A stretch of DNA of 64,000 bases, taken from contig OZ365111.1 of NCBI GenBank assembly GCA_977030845.1, positions 51,274,001-51,338,000 of the forward strand. The letters are read 5' to 3'. The notes under the pieces are model-generated. The model was not told the DNA's origin. It saw only the letters and a program-made list of their open reading frames with translations, and searched no databases. Shown here piece after piece: positions 1 through 12,304 of this stretch. Source of the stretch: Fimbriosthenelais zetlandica. Lineage: Eukaryota. Every line of letters begins with the position of its first letter. Position 1 is the first letter of the stretch. The translations under genes were made by a program, and so were the position numbers.

Positions 1-2
1 TG

Positions 3-3000
3 TCCCAGTACACCACCTGGTACACCTTCTCCACCATTCAAACACAGCAAACTGAGGATAAAAACGTCAAACCAGCCGACCTCCTCTTTGACAACTATCT
101 CAATCTCATCCTACCCTCCGCGTCCTCTCATCAGATCCAGTACGACGGCCGGAAAATCAGGAACAGTATTGTATTAAGGCGCTGGGAGAACCTCATTGGT
201 CTCACTAAAAACTTTACAATTTTGACCTTAAAGATAAGGGATGGGTATCATATTGTAGGCCCCCTGCCAGGGTATGAGGCGTTTGGGGCTCATTTATATG
301 GGTTTAAGTTCCAGGAAGCATACGGCATGCCGCTAGGTCAGAAACATAAAGAAAACCTGATCCACGAGTGTCAGCCCACACTCATGTTTGATGGCGATCA
401 GTTTGATAATGACTGTGACGGACGATTTGACGAGGAAATACTGAACGGTGTAGATGATGATAATGATAACTTAATAGATGAAGACGTGCAGTATATACCA
501 ACAACTGCCTCGCCTTATGGTTCAACAGTCCCATCCACAGACAGACAATATTCACGTCCCTTTAGAACAACACAACAATGGGGCGGCGGCGGCAATAATA
601 ATGGTAATGGACATAACAGTGGTGAAGTGACTGACAGTACTGGTAATCCAGTGACTGCTGACAGAGGCAGAGATGTGACAGCTACTACAGGTTATACCTC
701 AGGAGATGACACCAGCCTCAGCATGTTCACCAGCGTTCCTGACGTCAATGATGACGTCACCAGCAGGTTAGGAACTGCCGTCACACCTGACCCAAACACT
801 GCACAAACAGTGGACCTGGGGACTGCCACCTACCCTATGATAACACACGTCATGACTGACAGTACGTCTCATTTGTGCCCTGGCCAGTTAAGTGATTGTA
901 GCATTGATGTTATTATCTCAGACAATGAGACAGCCATCATGTGGAGCGACCTGGTCAGCAGTGAGTACCATAACACGTCTCTGGGTGTCTACTGGCTCGG
1001 TACATTCTGGCTTTATGATAATTCACAATGGCATCAACACCAGGGCCTGGGTGAACTCTTACATCATTTAAATCAAACGTTCTGTCTATTAATACATGAG
1101 GAGATGTGGTGTAGATCAGACTCAGTATGGTCTGTTCTCTTCACCATCGCTCACACACCAAATCTAAAGGAGGACTTTCAAAATGAAACAATCAAGATTG
1201 TCTCTGAAGGAGTTATGTCTGTGTGGGATGGATCTAGCATAAAAGACAGTACTGGCAACTCTGTGATTCAACTCCTCGCTCTGGTGAGGGAATGGGTGAA
1301 TCTGAACAAGGGGGAACGTTTAGCACTTTTGTGGAACAATCATTTATGGTTTTGGGGAGCCAACTCTTACCACAACAGTATAGACAAGACTTTGAAATCT
1401 AACCTAACCATGTTTTATAAAGGCAATGCTTGGACCTGGAATGGACACACATGGGTCCTTGATGCTAACAGTACATTGATGTTAGATGCAGATACATGGG
1501 GGGTTTTCTGGGGCGGGGTTTTGTGGACATGGAATGGAACACACTGGGAGAAATTAGCCCTAGATCCTGATGGTAATAATCAGCTACCTCCAGCAAATGT
1601 GGTCCTTCTATGGAAGCAAAGAGGCTGGTCTATCACGAGGCCCAGAGACGGTCTCCAGGAGGTCTTTGATGGTGATTTCCCATATGGACTTGAAGGAGCG
1701 GAAAGCCCGGGAGTAGCCATCAATGGTACGGTATGGATACTGGGCTCTGATGGACTTTGGTCATCTTTAGATCCACAAAAAGATCCAGAAGATCATCTCT
1801 TTGATCCTTCCCTGGGGTTATCCTGGGGGAAATCCTTCTGGATTTATAATGAAACTCTCATGAGATGGCTGAGGAGTGGTGAACATGAGGCGAGGTTTTT
1901 AAATTATCAGCTTGGTTCATATAAACCGGGGATTCTCTTTAATGAAGTGTACCACTCATGGTCTGGTGACAAGTGGGGAGTTAAATTCTCAAAAAACGAG
2001 TCACAGAAGAGACGTGAGAAGAGGGAGATCGGATACAGTTCTGTGGTCAGTCTCTGGTGGAGAGATGAAGCATGGAAGCTGTCAGAATCTGTATGGTCAA
2101 CAACGGAGACCCTGATGGAAGCTACAGGTAGCAACATGAGCGATGTTGGTAAAATTGTGATATCAGTTGATGGACATGTTTGGATTTATAACGGTACAGA
2201 ATGGGGAATAACTGAGGGAAACTCCCCAGGGATCTGGTCACAGCTCCCGCTGGGAGCGATCTACGACCATCAGTCATGGTCGTGGAATAACGGATCACTG
2301 AATCACCAGGAGGACGGGATCAGGGGGTTAAAGGGTGGTCAGGGTAGGGTAGGTGGGGGAGAGATGGCCATAGTGAAGGATGGAAGGCTCTGGGTGTTCA
2401 ATAATACAGGCTGGTCAGATCCAATCAGTATAACAAACCCTTCAACATCACTACAAGCAACAGTCAAAGTACTCAATAATCAAACTCTGTGGAAATTGAA
2501 TGAGAATGGTTCATGGAGTATTGAAAGTGGAAGGGTGGTAACCCCGGATCATGGTCAAATTCACAAGCCAGCATTGATAGTCAACGATACTCTTTGGATT
2601 CTAGATGGATTGAATCCAAAACCTTTAAGTTTCACATTATTCCCGACCATGGAACTCCCGGGTATTTCTATAGTTTGGGATCAGACATTGTGGCTATTTT
2701 CAGATCAGGACATGTGGGAAAATGCACTGATCTCCAGAGATGATCTGGAACTGTTTCCTGAGAAATCAGTTGTTGTATCTAACAGTATTTGGTCACTGGT
2801 TGGCCCTAGGATTGTTCAAAAAGATGTAAATATACACCTTGAAACAGGTGATCATTCTGTTCAGGGTGTAAAGGTGTATTACCATACTAAATGCCATGCT
2901 TGGATTGTAGATCAATTTCAGGACATGGAACAATGCCTCACACCAAAGGAGGTAAGACAAACCGGTGAAAACTTAGTTGTGATAATCAAAGACATTAAAT

Positions 3001-5588
3001 GGTTGTTTAATGATTCAAGTTGGAATATAATGAACATAACAGTTGGTGGAGAACACCAGTGGGTGTATGATACTGGGGCTGTGTTAAACAACACTGTCTG
3101 GGTGTGGAATGGAACTCATTGGTTCAGCATTCAACCAGGAATGGACCTCCCTAATCTACCAGCGGGTGGTTCCCCGTATGTTCTATTCAGACGAGGATAT
3201 TTCTGGGTGTGGAATGGCACAGAATGGATCAGGAAATCTAACCTCGACGGTGTTCAGCATCCAGGAATGAACGGGGAACCCGTCCTGGAAATAGGTTTAG
3301 GAGGGTCAACTTGGATTTGGAACAGTACAGATATTATACCCAAATCTGATGGGAAACAGACCATGTTTGGGAATGGGACATTGGAGATCAGAACTGACCA
3401 TAATGGGACCACATGGCTCTGTAATCTAACCGGTTGCTGGGTCACAGATATAGAAAGACCCACTGATGTCACCACTGAAAAACCAAATACATTTCCTGGT
3501 GGATTTGAAGGCGGTAAAATCAGGAACCAAACTTTCTGGATCTGGAATGGCACTGATTGGGTTAAGAGCAATGATTGGACAGGGCCGGAGCCAGGGAGTG
3601 GTGGACCAGTGACCATCTATGTGGATGGGAAGGTATGGACATTGGATGGGGAGACATGGGTGGAGGAATCCGACGATTCAGACCACCCTGGAGCTCAAAA
3701 ACCACCTAATATAGACAGAACAGATGTGACAACAACAGAGAAATATGATGAGAACACGATACCTACTGGAGTCTCTGTTAACTGGAACGGTACTGTCTGG
3801 GTGTGGGATGGGGAACACTGGGTTTCTGGGAACAGAACCCTGCCATCAGGGGAAGTACCAGGAGGGGGTGACGGGGGAGGAGGGGTGGAGGTGAAGGTTA
3901 ATGGTATAACATGGGTATGGGACGGGTCTACCTGGGTACAGGTAGATGATACAGGTACAACAGTGATGGGTGTATCATCAACTATCTCAGGTGTGTCTAA
4001 TGGTATCACATCATCTACTGATGTCACTGAGGTACCCAATACAAGACATACTTCATCCATACAGGCCTCAACACCTTCAGGAACTTATTCAAGTTCAAAG
4101 GGCAGTATTCTAACTACAAAAGATATTTTAGTCACAGGAGTATTTGATTCTTCATCAGTGACTTCAGGGTATAGGGATGAATACAGTAGTACTGGTCCTA
4201 ACACTGGTGGTACTTCAACAAACCATCTCCAGGGAAGCACTGCTGTGGAAAGTGAAGGAACCACAGTGAATATTAATGTTGAATCATCAACATTATCCTC
4301 ATCAACTAAAGTAGATGTGATGTATACAATAGTGGGTATTACCCCTAAACCAGGGACAAGACGACCAGGTGGCAAAGAACCTGACACTGGTAGATCTAGT
4401 GAGGCTGCAGAAGCTTCTAAAACCATCATAATCGTCGTAGTTATATTTATATTCGTTATTTTGATCTTTATTCTCGTCGTTGTTTTATGTTATTGTGCAA
4501 AGCGTCGCCGACGGAAAAGAGCGCGACAGAAAGTGAATCCGTCGGTGGCGACGAGTGCGGTGCCTCGTCCCTCGTCTCAATACCAGCATCCACCAGCCAT
4601 CCACGCCACTAGCTCCCTGTGTCATGAGTCGTCCCTGATGAACCTGTCTAACTCATTTACCGCATCCACCTCTAGCTGTACCTCACTGACCCAGGCCAGT
4701 ACCTGTACACGAGGCGGGAGACGCTCACCCCGCGTCTCACAGGCGCCACCTATAGACTTACCTGATCTCATTATTAGTCTACCACCAGGTAAACATGTAC
4801 ATCTTAAATCACCACGACTCTCACCAGATCCTCTTACTCTTAGATCACTTACTCTTAAAACACCCACGCTCCCCGATCCGCTAAACTTTAACTCTTAAAA
4901 AACCCACGCTCCCCGATCCGCTACACTTTAACTCTTAAAGTTAGATCACTGACGCTACCGGATCCCCTACACTTTAACTCTTAAATCAGCACGACTCTCC
5001 CCCATCCCCCTACTTTAACTCTTAAATCATATGCTCTCCACCATCCCTCAACTATAACTCTTAAATCATCTTGACGCTATCTCCTCCATCCCCCCCCCAA
5101 TTTAACACTTAAAACACCACGACTCTCACTCTTAAATCACTACATGACTCTCTTCGATCACGACACCCACTCTCTTTAAGCCTTCATTAAAGCAAAGATT
5201 AAAGCCAGAATACACTGACCCCAGATAGTGAACCACCTATATCATCCCGAGCGGAAATTCAAGTTAATATATACAGGAATTCATATGTAAGTTAATATGT
5301 TATATTGATATGTCAAATGGCCTTTAAAATGATATTTTTATTTGTAAGAATTTGATTTGGGGGATTCTGAGGTCAATGATATAATTCGTCCAAAGCTCAA
5401 ATGATGAATCATTCGGTTATAACTGTGAAGGACCATGATCTCTCAATAGTGAGAAACTATAACTCAATATACGAATTTGCTTTTGGAAAGTCTGGCATAG
5501 CTACATTTAGTCAACTTGGCACAAAATCTTCACTGTATAAATCTGTACATCGTTTTTGTATTTTGTAGGTCATGGTTTTATGCCTTAG
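3..5588 (+). CDS. 5'-partial large single-pass membrane glycoprotein: end of IgGFc-binding-like (FCGBP N-terminal type) domain, acidic DNDCDG motif, Trp-rich repeats, furin site, Ser/Thr stalk, TM
   Basis: The frame is open from base 3 (SQYTTWYTF...NYLNLIL...DG...W...GYHIV...AFGAHLYGFKFQEAYGMPLG), which matches my recollection of the C-terminal part of the IgGFc-binding domain, so TTG 222 is not the start. DNDCDGRFDEE..NGVDDDNDNLIDED lies at ~387-486, W-x-(W/Y/F/L)-N/D-G-x-x-W repeats at ~1430-3940, RREKR at 2010-2024, and a hydrophobic TM at ~4422-4498 followed by KRRRRKRARQK. The unspliced ORF ends at 4898 inside a satellite. A donor CCAG|GTAAAC after 4788 and an acceptor TTTTGTAG| before 5569 give the in-frame ending GHGFMP* (stop 5586-5588). 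Confidence 0.75.
4800..5180. repeat. degenerate ~45-bp tandem repeat (ACTTTAACTCTTAAA...core)
   Basis: ACTTTAACTCTTAAA(T/A)CA..CACG..CTC..C.ATCC recurs about 8 times and overlaps the end of the unspliced ORF. Confidence 0.75.
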
Positions 5589-6434
5589 GTAGTGTTTTAC
5601 TATTGTCTCAGTATCTACATTTCCTCTCCCGCCTCAGGCAGGTGTACTCTTCACTATTCTTAACCTTGATCACCACCCAGAGGGACAGCTTGAAAAATTA
5701 GAGGGTGGGCCACCTAATGTAAATTATACGTCTTAAAAGATCAAATGTGATCCCAGGTACCGAACATGTAATATATACTCATCAGGGAAACTTTGTACAC
5801 ACCTATTTTCTGATCCTTTTCAAATTGTTGTTTCTAATAAAACTGTTTGAACCTCGTACTTGGTTTTTCCTGCAGTATTCTCTCCATAATCCTCGTATTA
5901 GTAAATAATTAATTAATTGACACCTTGCGATTGGTCGTAATTTAGGACGCAGTATTCTTACCATAAAGCAGCATGCGGCATTAATTCCATTAGGCATCAT
6001 GGAGAGTCAAACGTAATGTTAAACCATCCAGATAGTTATCCACCTGATGTTGCGTAATTTAAAACATTAAGGTTAATTCCAGAATAAAAAGCAATTTAAG
6101 AGTATAACGACCATGTGAACCAGAATATGCTTTTATCTGTAGGTAAAATTCTCATTATTTTTCTGTAAAATTCAAGATTATAAGTATCTTTTACAATAAG
6201 ATTTCACCAGTTAATTAAATGCCTTACATTAATCAGGCATATTGTACTTGGTTTTTAGTTTGGTTACATTCGGCCTTCCATAGTTCCGCTAAAATTCCAC
6301 TTCTGTGCAGAAAGCTGGACCAACAAAGGAATTCATTCTCCTACTCATATGGAAGATATATATATATTCTTCTCCCTCTGGGTGGAAGCGGCCTATATAG
6401 CATAGGGTGTCATACTACAAACGGGGCATAGAAG

Positions 6435-6467
6435 GGAGAGAGAGAGGGAGAGAGAGAGCGAGAGAGG
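6435..6467. repeat. imperfect (GA)n microsatellite
   Basis: ggagagagagagggagagagagagcgagagagg. Confidence 0.8.
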
Positions 6468-6630
6468 CAGGAGGCATTGCACCTAGAGCCTTCAGCAGTT
6501 GAGGCCAAGCCAAACAACATCAATATCGTGGTGTATGAAATGTCAAAGCTAATCAGGAGCAGAACGCGCTCCCACCAGCTACTGCTTAAATAATCAGACA
6601 TCGCCGGTAGATGATTGGTTTAATTTTAGC

Positions 6631-8329
6631 TTAAAGATCACCAGGACTTGTAACTAGTGAGAGGAGGAGGAGGCAGTAGTGAGGGATGAGGGAGTGGAGT
6701 CTGGTACATCCAGACGCTGGGGGAGTTTTTGAGGTGTAACACTGTATCACTGTAAGTCTACTGTAAGGCAGGTGGCATACATCCAGCACTGTAAGTGAAT
6801 GGCACCAATCATCAACCCTAGCCACATCCACCACTAGCACAGGACGGCTGGTCACATTTCCCGGACTGAGGGGAAACAAGAGGGACTCAAAACTCAAGGC
6901 AGCAGTTCTACAACAGGCACGTACTTTACTTAGTCATTCATTATTTAAGCTTAACCCACTTATTTTGATCAAGTATACAATTCTACCCCTTTTTCACATT
7001 TATTCTTTTAAGGAGTCTTATAACTTATTATAAATAGTTTTATTGTTAAGTGCTTTATAGTATTACTTTTTATTTATTCATTCAATAATTAAATCATTTA
7101 ATTTATTTCATTAAAAAAATAATTTATTATAATATCCATAATTATGTCTACTGGGAAACAGGAAGTTTTTTGTAAGAAAAATGGGATGATAATTATAACT
7201 TATCTGCCAGTTCAATCGCAGTATGAGTCAGTGCGTGAAAAGCTAGTGAATTTATACATTATATTTATCAGCGAGTCAGATCAAGCGCGGACAACTCTCC
7301 TCACAAAAATGTTCACACAGAAACGGCATAATATTCCCATACAGCATATTAGTGGAGATTTAATAGCAAATGTCACTGGGGATAATTCAGTGACATATGG
7401 CATTTGCATTAAATATTTAGTTCGCTCTACAGTGGCCTCTCACATTACAGCCATCTCACTAATGCGGCCATCTCACTTTTATGGTCATTAGATATTCAGG
7501 ACCAGATAGTTTAACACCACTAATACATATACATGTATCACTAAATCAGTTATGGTAAGATCCAAATGTAACACCACTGAGACATACTCACTAAACCGAC
7601 CATCTCACTATGTTTTAACTCTACTGGGACATATTCAATAAAGCGACCATCACACTGTGTGACCACTAAAATCTAAACGGACGGAACCAAATGTTTTAAC
7701 ACCACTAGGGCTCACTAAAACGACCATCTCACAATATAACCACAATAAATGGTCAGATCCAACTGTATTATCCCAACTAAGATCTGATATGCATCCAGTA
7801 AATGGTAAATGTTTTAAAAACACTAAGACATACTCACTAAAGCGACCATCTCACCTAGTAATACTGATACAGATCATTTTTACGCCCACAGTACGACCAC
7901 TAAATGGTCAGATTCGAATGTTAAAACCACTATAGCGACCATCACCACTATTAGTACCTCAGTGTGGTCGCATTAATGGGAATTTACTGTAAGTGTTAAT
8001 ATAGTGACCATCATCACCATCAGTACTTCAGTGTGGTCGCATTAACGGGACTTTACTGTACGTTTTAATATAGCGATCATCACCACCATTAGTACCTCGG
8101 GAGTTTACTTTAAGTTTGGTCGCATTAGCGGGATTTTACTGTAAGTATAAAATGGAGTAAAGTGAAGAATGTTTGTGTTTGACACGTCTAAGATGACATC
8201 ATCTGCTCGTGATGTCACATGATGTCACATTAAAGGACATACCAGGATGTTCAGCAGGCGGCAATCTGCCAAGTCGTGGGTAAAAGTCACACCACACCCA
8301 CGGTTATATATCCTCCCCGAGATCCCTCC
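6631..8329 (-). CDS. possible exons of an unassigned Cys-containing extracellular (perhaps GPI-anchored) protein
   Basis: Candidate terminal exon 6631-6907 (TTGTAG acceptor; ...DDWCHSLTVLDVCHLPY...C...SGC...HYCLLLLSLV..*) and candidate internal exon 8243-8329 (TTTAG|EGSRGRIYNRGCGVTFTHDLADCRLLNIL|GTATGT). The two phases do not join directly, so the model is incomplete. Confidence 0.3.
7430..8141. mobile_element. Tc1/mariner-pogo-like MITE (TA-CAGT...ACTG-TA)
   Basis: Left end TA|CAGTGGCCTCTC...CTCACTAATGCGGCCATC; right end TGGTCGCATTAGCGGGATTTTACTG|TA; internal GCGACCATC/CACTAAATGGTC repeats; a related copy lies at 13572-13751. Confidence 0.6.
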
Positions 8330-8420
8330 TAAACTGAAACCTTTAGTCTAAGCTAAAACCTTTACTCTAAACTGAAACTTTACTCTAAGCTGAAACCTTT
8401 ACTCTAAGCTGGAACCTTCA
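8330..8420. repeat. ~21-bp tandem repeat (CTAAGCTGAAACCTTTACT-like), ~4-5 units
   Basis: taaactgaaacctttagtctaagctaaaaccttttactctaaactgaaactttactctaagctgaaacctttactctaagctggaacc. Confidence 0.7.
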
Positions 8421-9224
8421 ATATAAGTGGAACTGATTCCCTGATAATAACGCCTTTAATGTCAATACAGCGTTGTTAGTTGGGCCTTAGAGCAAGGTTG
8501 GGCTGATTTTCGTGGCAGATGACACTTTACAATCTTGATTAAATGTGCCGTTTTAAGGAGTTAAAGTTGAAAAGAATGTGTTATCTTCCTGAGATGGGTG
8601 GATTAACAACTATAGGTATAGTATATTAGCCTATACTATATAGCTATATTATTAGGCTTAATTCTATCTTGAGTAAAATGTACTCTATGATTCTGTACTA
8701 GATGGTCGGGGCTGAGACACATTAGGAAAAGTGGTTGTTCCAAGAGGGACAAAGATAAGCGTCCATTTATTAAGCTTGGCGGGGGAGGGGTGTTGGAATA
8801 TGGCGGGGGTCGGGGTGGGGTAGGGGGGGGGGGAGTTAAATAGTTGAGGATGTGGTATGTAGGTCAGTGTGTCAGAGACTGGCCCACTCACGGACCTAGT
8901 TGACACTATTTTGACCCTATTTGCTCTGATGACACGAGTGTAGGTTTTAGGGTGAGAGGGCACGAGTTCACCCGTTATTCCGCGGGGGACTTGGACATAT
9001 GTTATGGCAGGTCAAATGTATTGGGAAATGATGTAATGGGAGTCACACACTCATGAATGGGAAGCTTTGTTTAACAGCGCCTGTTGGGGGCCCATTACCG
9101 AGGCCAGTAATGAGTTTATAGGTGTGGATATTGGGCGTATATAATTATACTGGACCAAGAGTAATCCATATATTACTAATTAGTCGTGTCAATGTATCGA
9201 TTGTATTACAGATCAATTTGCCAT

Positions 9225-9490
9225 AGTACTCATTTGCCTCTCTAATTGCTCGAGTAATCATTTGCCAATCTAATGGTGAAAATACACACTTGCTTCTCTC
9301 ATTTCTCGAGTACTCATTTGCTTCCCTAATTTCTTGGGTACTCATTGGTCTTATTCATTTGCTTGGGTAGTCATTTGCCTCTCTAATTACTCGAGAACTC
9401 ATTTGCCTCTCTAAATTGTCGAATACTCATTTGACTCTCTAAATTGTCGAGTACTCATTTGACTCTCTAATTGATTGAGTATTCATTTCC
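9225..9490. repeat. ~28-bp degenerate minisatellite (GAGTACTCATTTGCCTCTCTAATT..TC)
   Basis: TACTCATTTG(C/A)CTCTCTAA(A)TT recurs about 8 times. Confidence 0.75.
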
Positions 9491-9557
9491 ATCCCTGCAT
9501 ATTTGGTGAATTCAGTGAGGTATTCATTTCTGTTTATAGCTAACGTTTTGTGAGTAA

Positions 9558-9790
9558 AGCGCCTTCTACACTATACCGATTTATGATCTGATCAGATTAA
9601 AATCTGACATGCAAGATCTGCCCACAAATCGCATCAGATCTGACATGCACAGATCTATGACAGAATCATCCCAATCTTGATCTTATCTTCATACACATTA
9701 CGCCGATTTTTAATCTTACTTCAATTTGGTCTGATGAGACCGTTAAGATCATGAAATCGCACACCAGATCGGTGTAGTGTAGAAGGCGCT
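9558..9790. mobile_element. PIF/Harbinger-type MITE, 233 bp
   Basis: 23-bp TIRs with one mismatch (AGCGCCTTCTACACTATACCGAT / ATCGGTGTAGTGTAGAAGGCGCT), flanked on both sides by TAA (9555-9557, 9791-9793); no coding capacity. Confidence 0.8.
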
Positions 9791-11254
9791 TAAGTGAGCA
9801 TGCTACGGAGTGAGCATACTTAATGCTATAGTAGTGAGAGTTGCTCGTTCATGGACCATTAACCTCGGTAATTGTGACCGAGCAGCATTCATGTTCATTG
9901 AGTCAATAATATGTGCCCGGTCAGGTCTCTAGACTTCATTAGTCCGGCAAAGCTTGACCATTTGACCACTGGTGTTTATAATACAGTGACCTTCGTATCA
10001 GACACCACTGACCAGTGCATGGTGCGTTTCAAAAGAGAGTGACGCTAATAAATCGTAACTTGATGTGCCATAGCCTGGCCTATATCGTAAATCGTAAATC
10101 GTTTTTTTGTTTTAAATCTGATGTGATGAAAACCTACATCTATTACTGTAGAGATCATCCAAATTAAAAAAATAAATAAAAAAAGCTCAGCTATTGACAC
10201 GGGCCTCAACGTTTGTCCTCATTAGTTCTAAGAAATGCTCTATAACAAATAATTCTGTTTGAACCAAGATAACAAAAAGCCCACACAAGTAAAAGTTTAT
10301 AAATCACGAGATCCTGCTGATGTGAGGCATGTAATTAGATACAAGTGACAGCGTGCCAGTCAACCTCAGCCACAATAGGACAAAACTCCAGGTTTTAAAT
10401 CAGAACTTAACCAATACAAATATGAAGGAAAAAATAGTTTTCTGATCATTAGGCCACAAGAGAATAGATAAATCACAGAATAAAATGCCCCAAAAAAAGT
10501 CTGGAAATAGATAATTTGATTTGAGACAAAAGACTGGCATCAGTGAGAATGTTCAACAAGTATACATGGAGTACACGTTATAGACTTGCGCAAGTCTTTA
10601 ATTCGTTTATTTTGTTAAATCTAACTAATCAATGACGTTCCAGGCGTGGGTTTGGAGGCGGGATTGTCTGTGAGAGGGACGAGTGCTCGTCTATATACAG
10701 TAGTAACTACATGCGGCTTATCTCATTCACTCCGCGCCTCCACCACATTAGACAGGATACATTCCTGGCCTCGGGGAAATGAAATTGAGTGTCCTCCTGA
10801 GTAAACACACTACCCCTACCAGCCTATATATAGTCTCAACTCAATGAGCCGGTGTGTTTACTAACCAATATAGGCCAGGCTATGGCACATCAAATGGAAA
10901 CATAAAAAAAACAGTTTGATTACTGGTCAGGTGAAATTATAGAAAAAAACGGAGACAAAATGAAGAAAAATATCACCACCATGGGGAAACAAGCTGTTGG
11001 CTATAGGTACTTCTGTTAGTAATAGGCAGCAATGATTATTTAACCCCATTAAACAATGATTATTTGAAGGAAAAACATATGGTGAAATATAGCATGCAGT
11101 ATAAATTGATATAAATAGGGCAGCCCTTCCACATAGTTCCACTTCAGTCATAGTTGAGACCATTGTGTAAGTTTTCACTTGATTTATAATAATAACCCCG
11201 TGTTATTTTATAATAATAACCCCGTGTTATTTTTCCATATTGCAGGGATCAGAG

Positions 11255-12304
11255 ATGAATGCCTCGAGGACCGTGTCTATTCTCATGGTTGCCATGGTAA
11301 CCACATTGCTGTTTGCACCCAATATAAAGATGGCGGGCGCGTGCATGGGTTGCCAGGATTACTTCGATAAGCTACAGAACCGGACCGAGGGCAGCTGCCG
11401 GTGTATTTATTACGAGGTCTACTCTAAAGATCACCCTCAAGTGATAGCTGACTGTAATAATCTACGGCAGGTCCCCGACTTCCAGGCCATTTGTAACATG
11501 ACTCATGTTTACACAGTCAACTTACAGAATAACCGCATACAGAGAATTAATCAGAACGCTTTTAGAGCGCTTCAGATATCAGACGCTGTGCTGGAGTGGG
11601 CTGGGGCTAATCCTGAGCTGATTCTACTACAGAATGAGATAGACTTCATCCACATTGAGGCCTTCAAGGGCGGCATGGAGGCCAAGTTATCACTGCTTGA
11701 TCTGAGGTATAATAAACTCACACTCATCCCGGACGCCATCTTTACCCTCGTCAACCTCACTAAGTTGTACTTAAGAAACAATCTCATCGAGTCAGCCCAT
11801 GGTGAGCCCAGACTCAGCAAACTGACAGTACTAGACTTGACAGCTAATAAACTGTCACATTTCCCTGAGACGATATGTCACTTCCCCAGCCTGGGGTACC
11901 TCTATCTAGATGGGAACCCCATCACACAGGACCTGTCTACCTATCTACCAGCTCTCTCACAGTGTGACCAGCTCAAAGAGCTCACATGGCCGGAACCGGA
12001 AGTGACGTGTGAGCAGTCGGCGTTGGAGCTGTACGCTAACACGTCTACGTGTAAGATCCTCGTGGTACGTCACGGTAACAATCACAGGGTCATGTGTAAC
12101 TCACAGAGCAGCGAGCAGCTCAGGGGGGTCGCCTTTGAGTGGGCTCTGCTTAATGAACTTGCCAAAGTATGTTCAGATATATCAGGAGCTACTCTAACCA
12201 CAGCCACATGGGTGCCAGTCCTACTTGCCAGTCTTTTATTCTTCATATTTGCTAAGCCTTTCTCTGCATTTGGCTATGTTTCCACAAGGGAAATCACATA
12301 TTAA
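11255..12304 (+). CDS. secreted/GPI- or membrane-anchored leucine-rich repeat protein (single coding exon)
   Basis: N-terminal hydrophobic signal, Cys-rich cap (C.C...DC..L..VP), several LxxLxLxxNxI/L repeats, C-terminal hydrophobic tail; acceptor TTGCAG| ending at 11245 precedes ATG 11255. Confidence 0.85.
   Translation: MNASRTVSILMVAMVTTLLFAPNIKMAGACMGCQDYFDKLQNRTEGSCRCIYYEVYSKDHPQVIADCNNLRQVPDFQAICNMTHVYTVNLQNNRIQRINQNAFRALQISDAVLEWAGANPELILLQNEIDFIHIEAFKGGMEAKLSLLDLRYNKLTLIPDAIFTLVNLTKLYLRNNLIESAHGEPRLSKLTVLDLTANKLSHFPETICHFPSLGYLYLDGNPITQDLSTYLPALSQCDQLKELTWPEPEVTCEQSALELYANTSTCKILVVRHGNNHRVMCNSQSSEQLRGVAFEWALLNELAKVCSDISGATLTTATWVPVLLASLLFFIFAKPFSAFGYVSTREITY

Noticed and set aside
222-224. 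TTG at 222 as the start codon
   Set aside because: The frame is open back to base 3 with domain-like sequence, so the gene begins upstream of the window.
3-4898. Endogenous viral envelope gene (REKR cleavage site, many sequons, TM, single long exon)
   Set aside because: The N-terminal part matches a cellular IgGFc-binding-like domain, there is no hydrophobic fusion peptide after REKR, and no LTR, gag or pol sequence is nearby.
6410-7491. ORFs 6410-6601 (-) and 7144-7491 (+)
   Set aside because: They run through a GA microsatellite or into a MITE, with no recognisable domain or convincing splice context.
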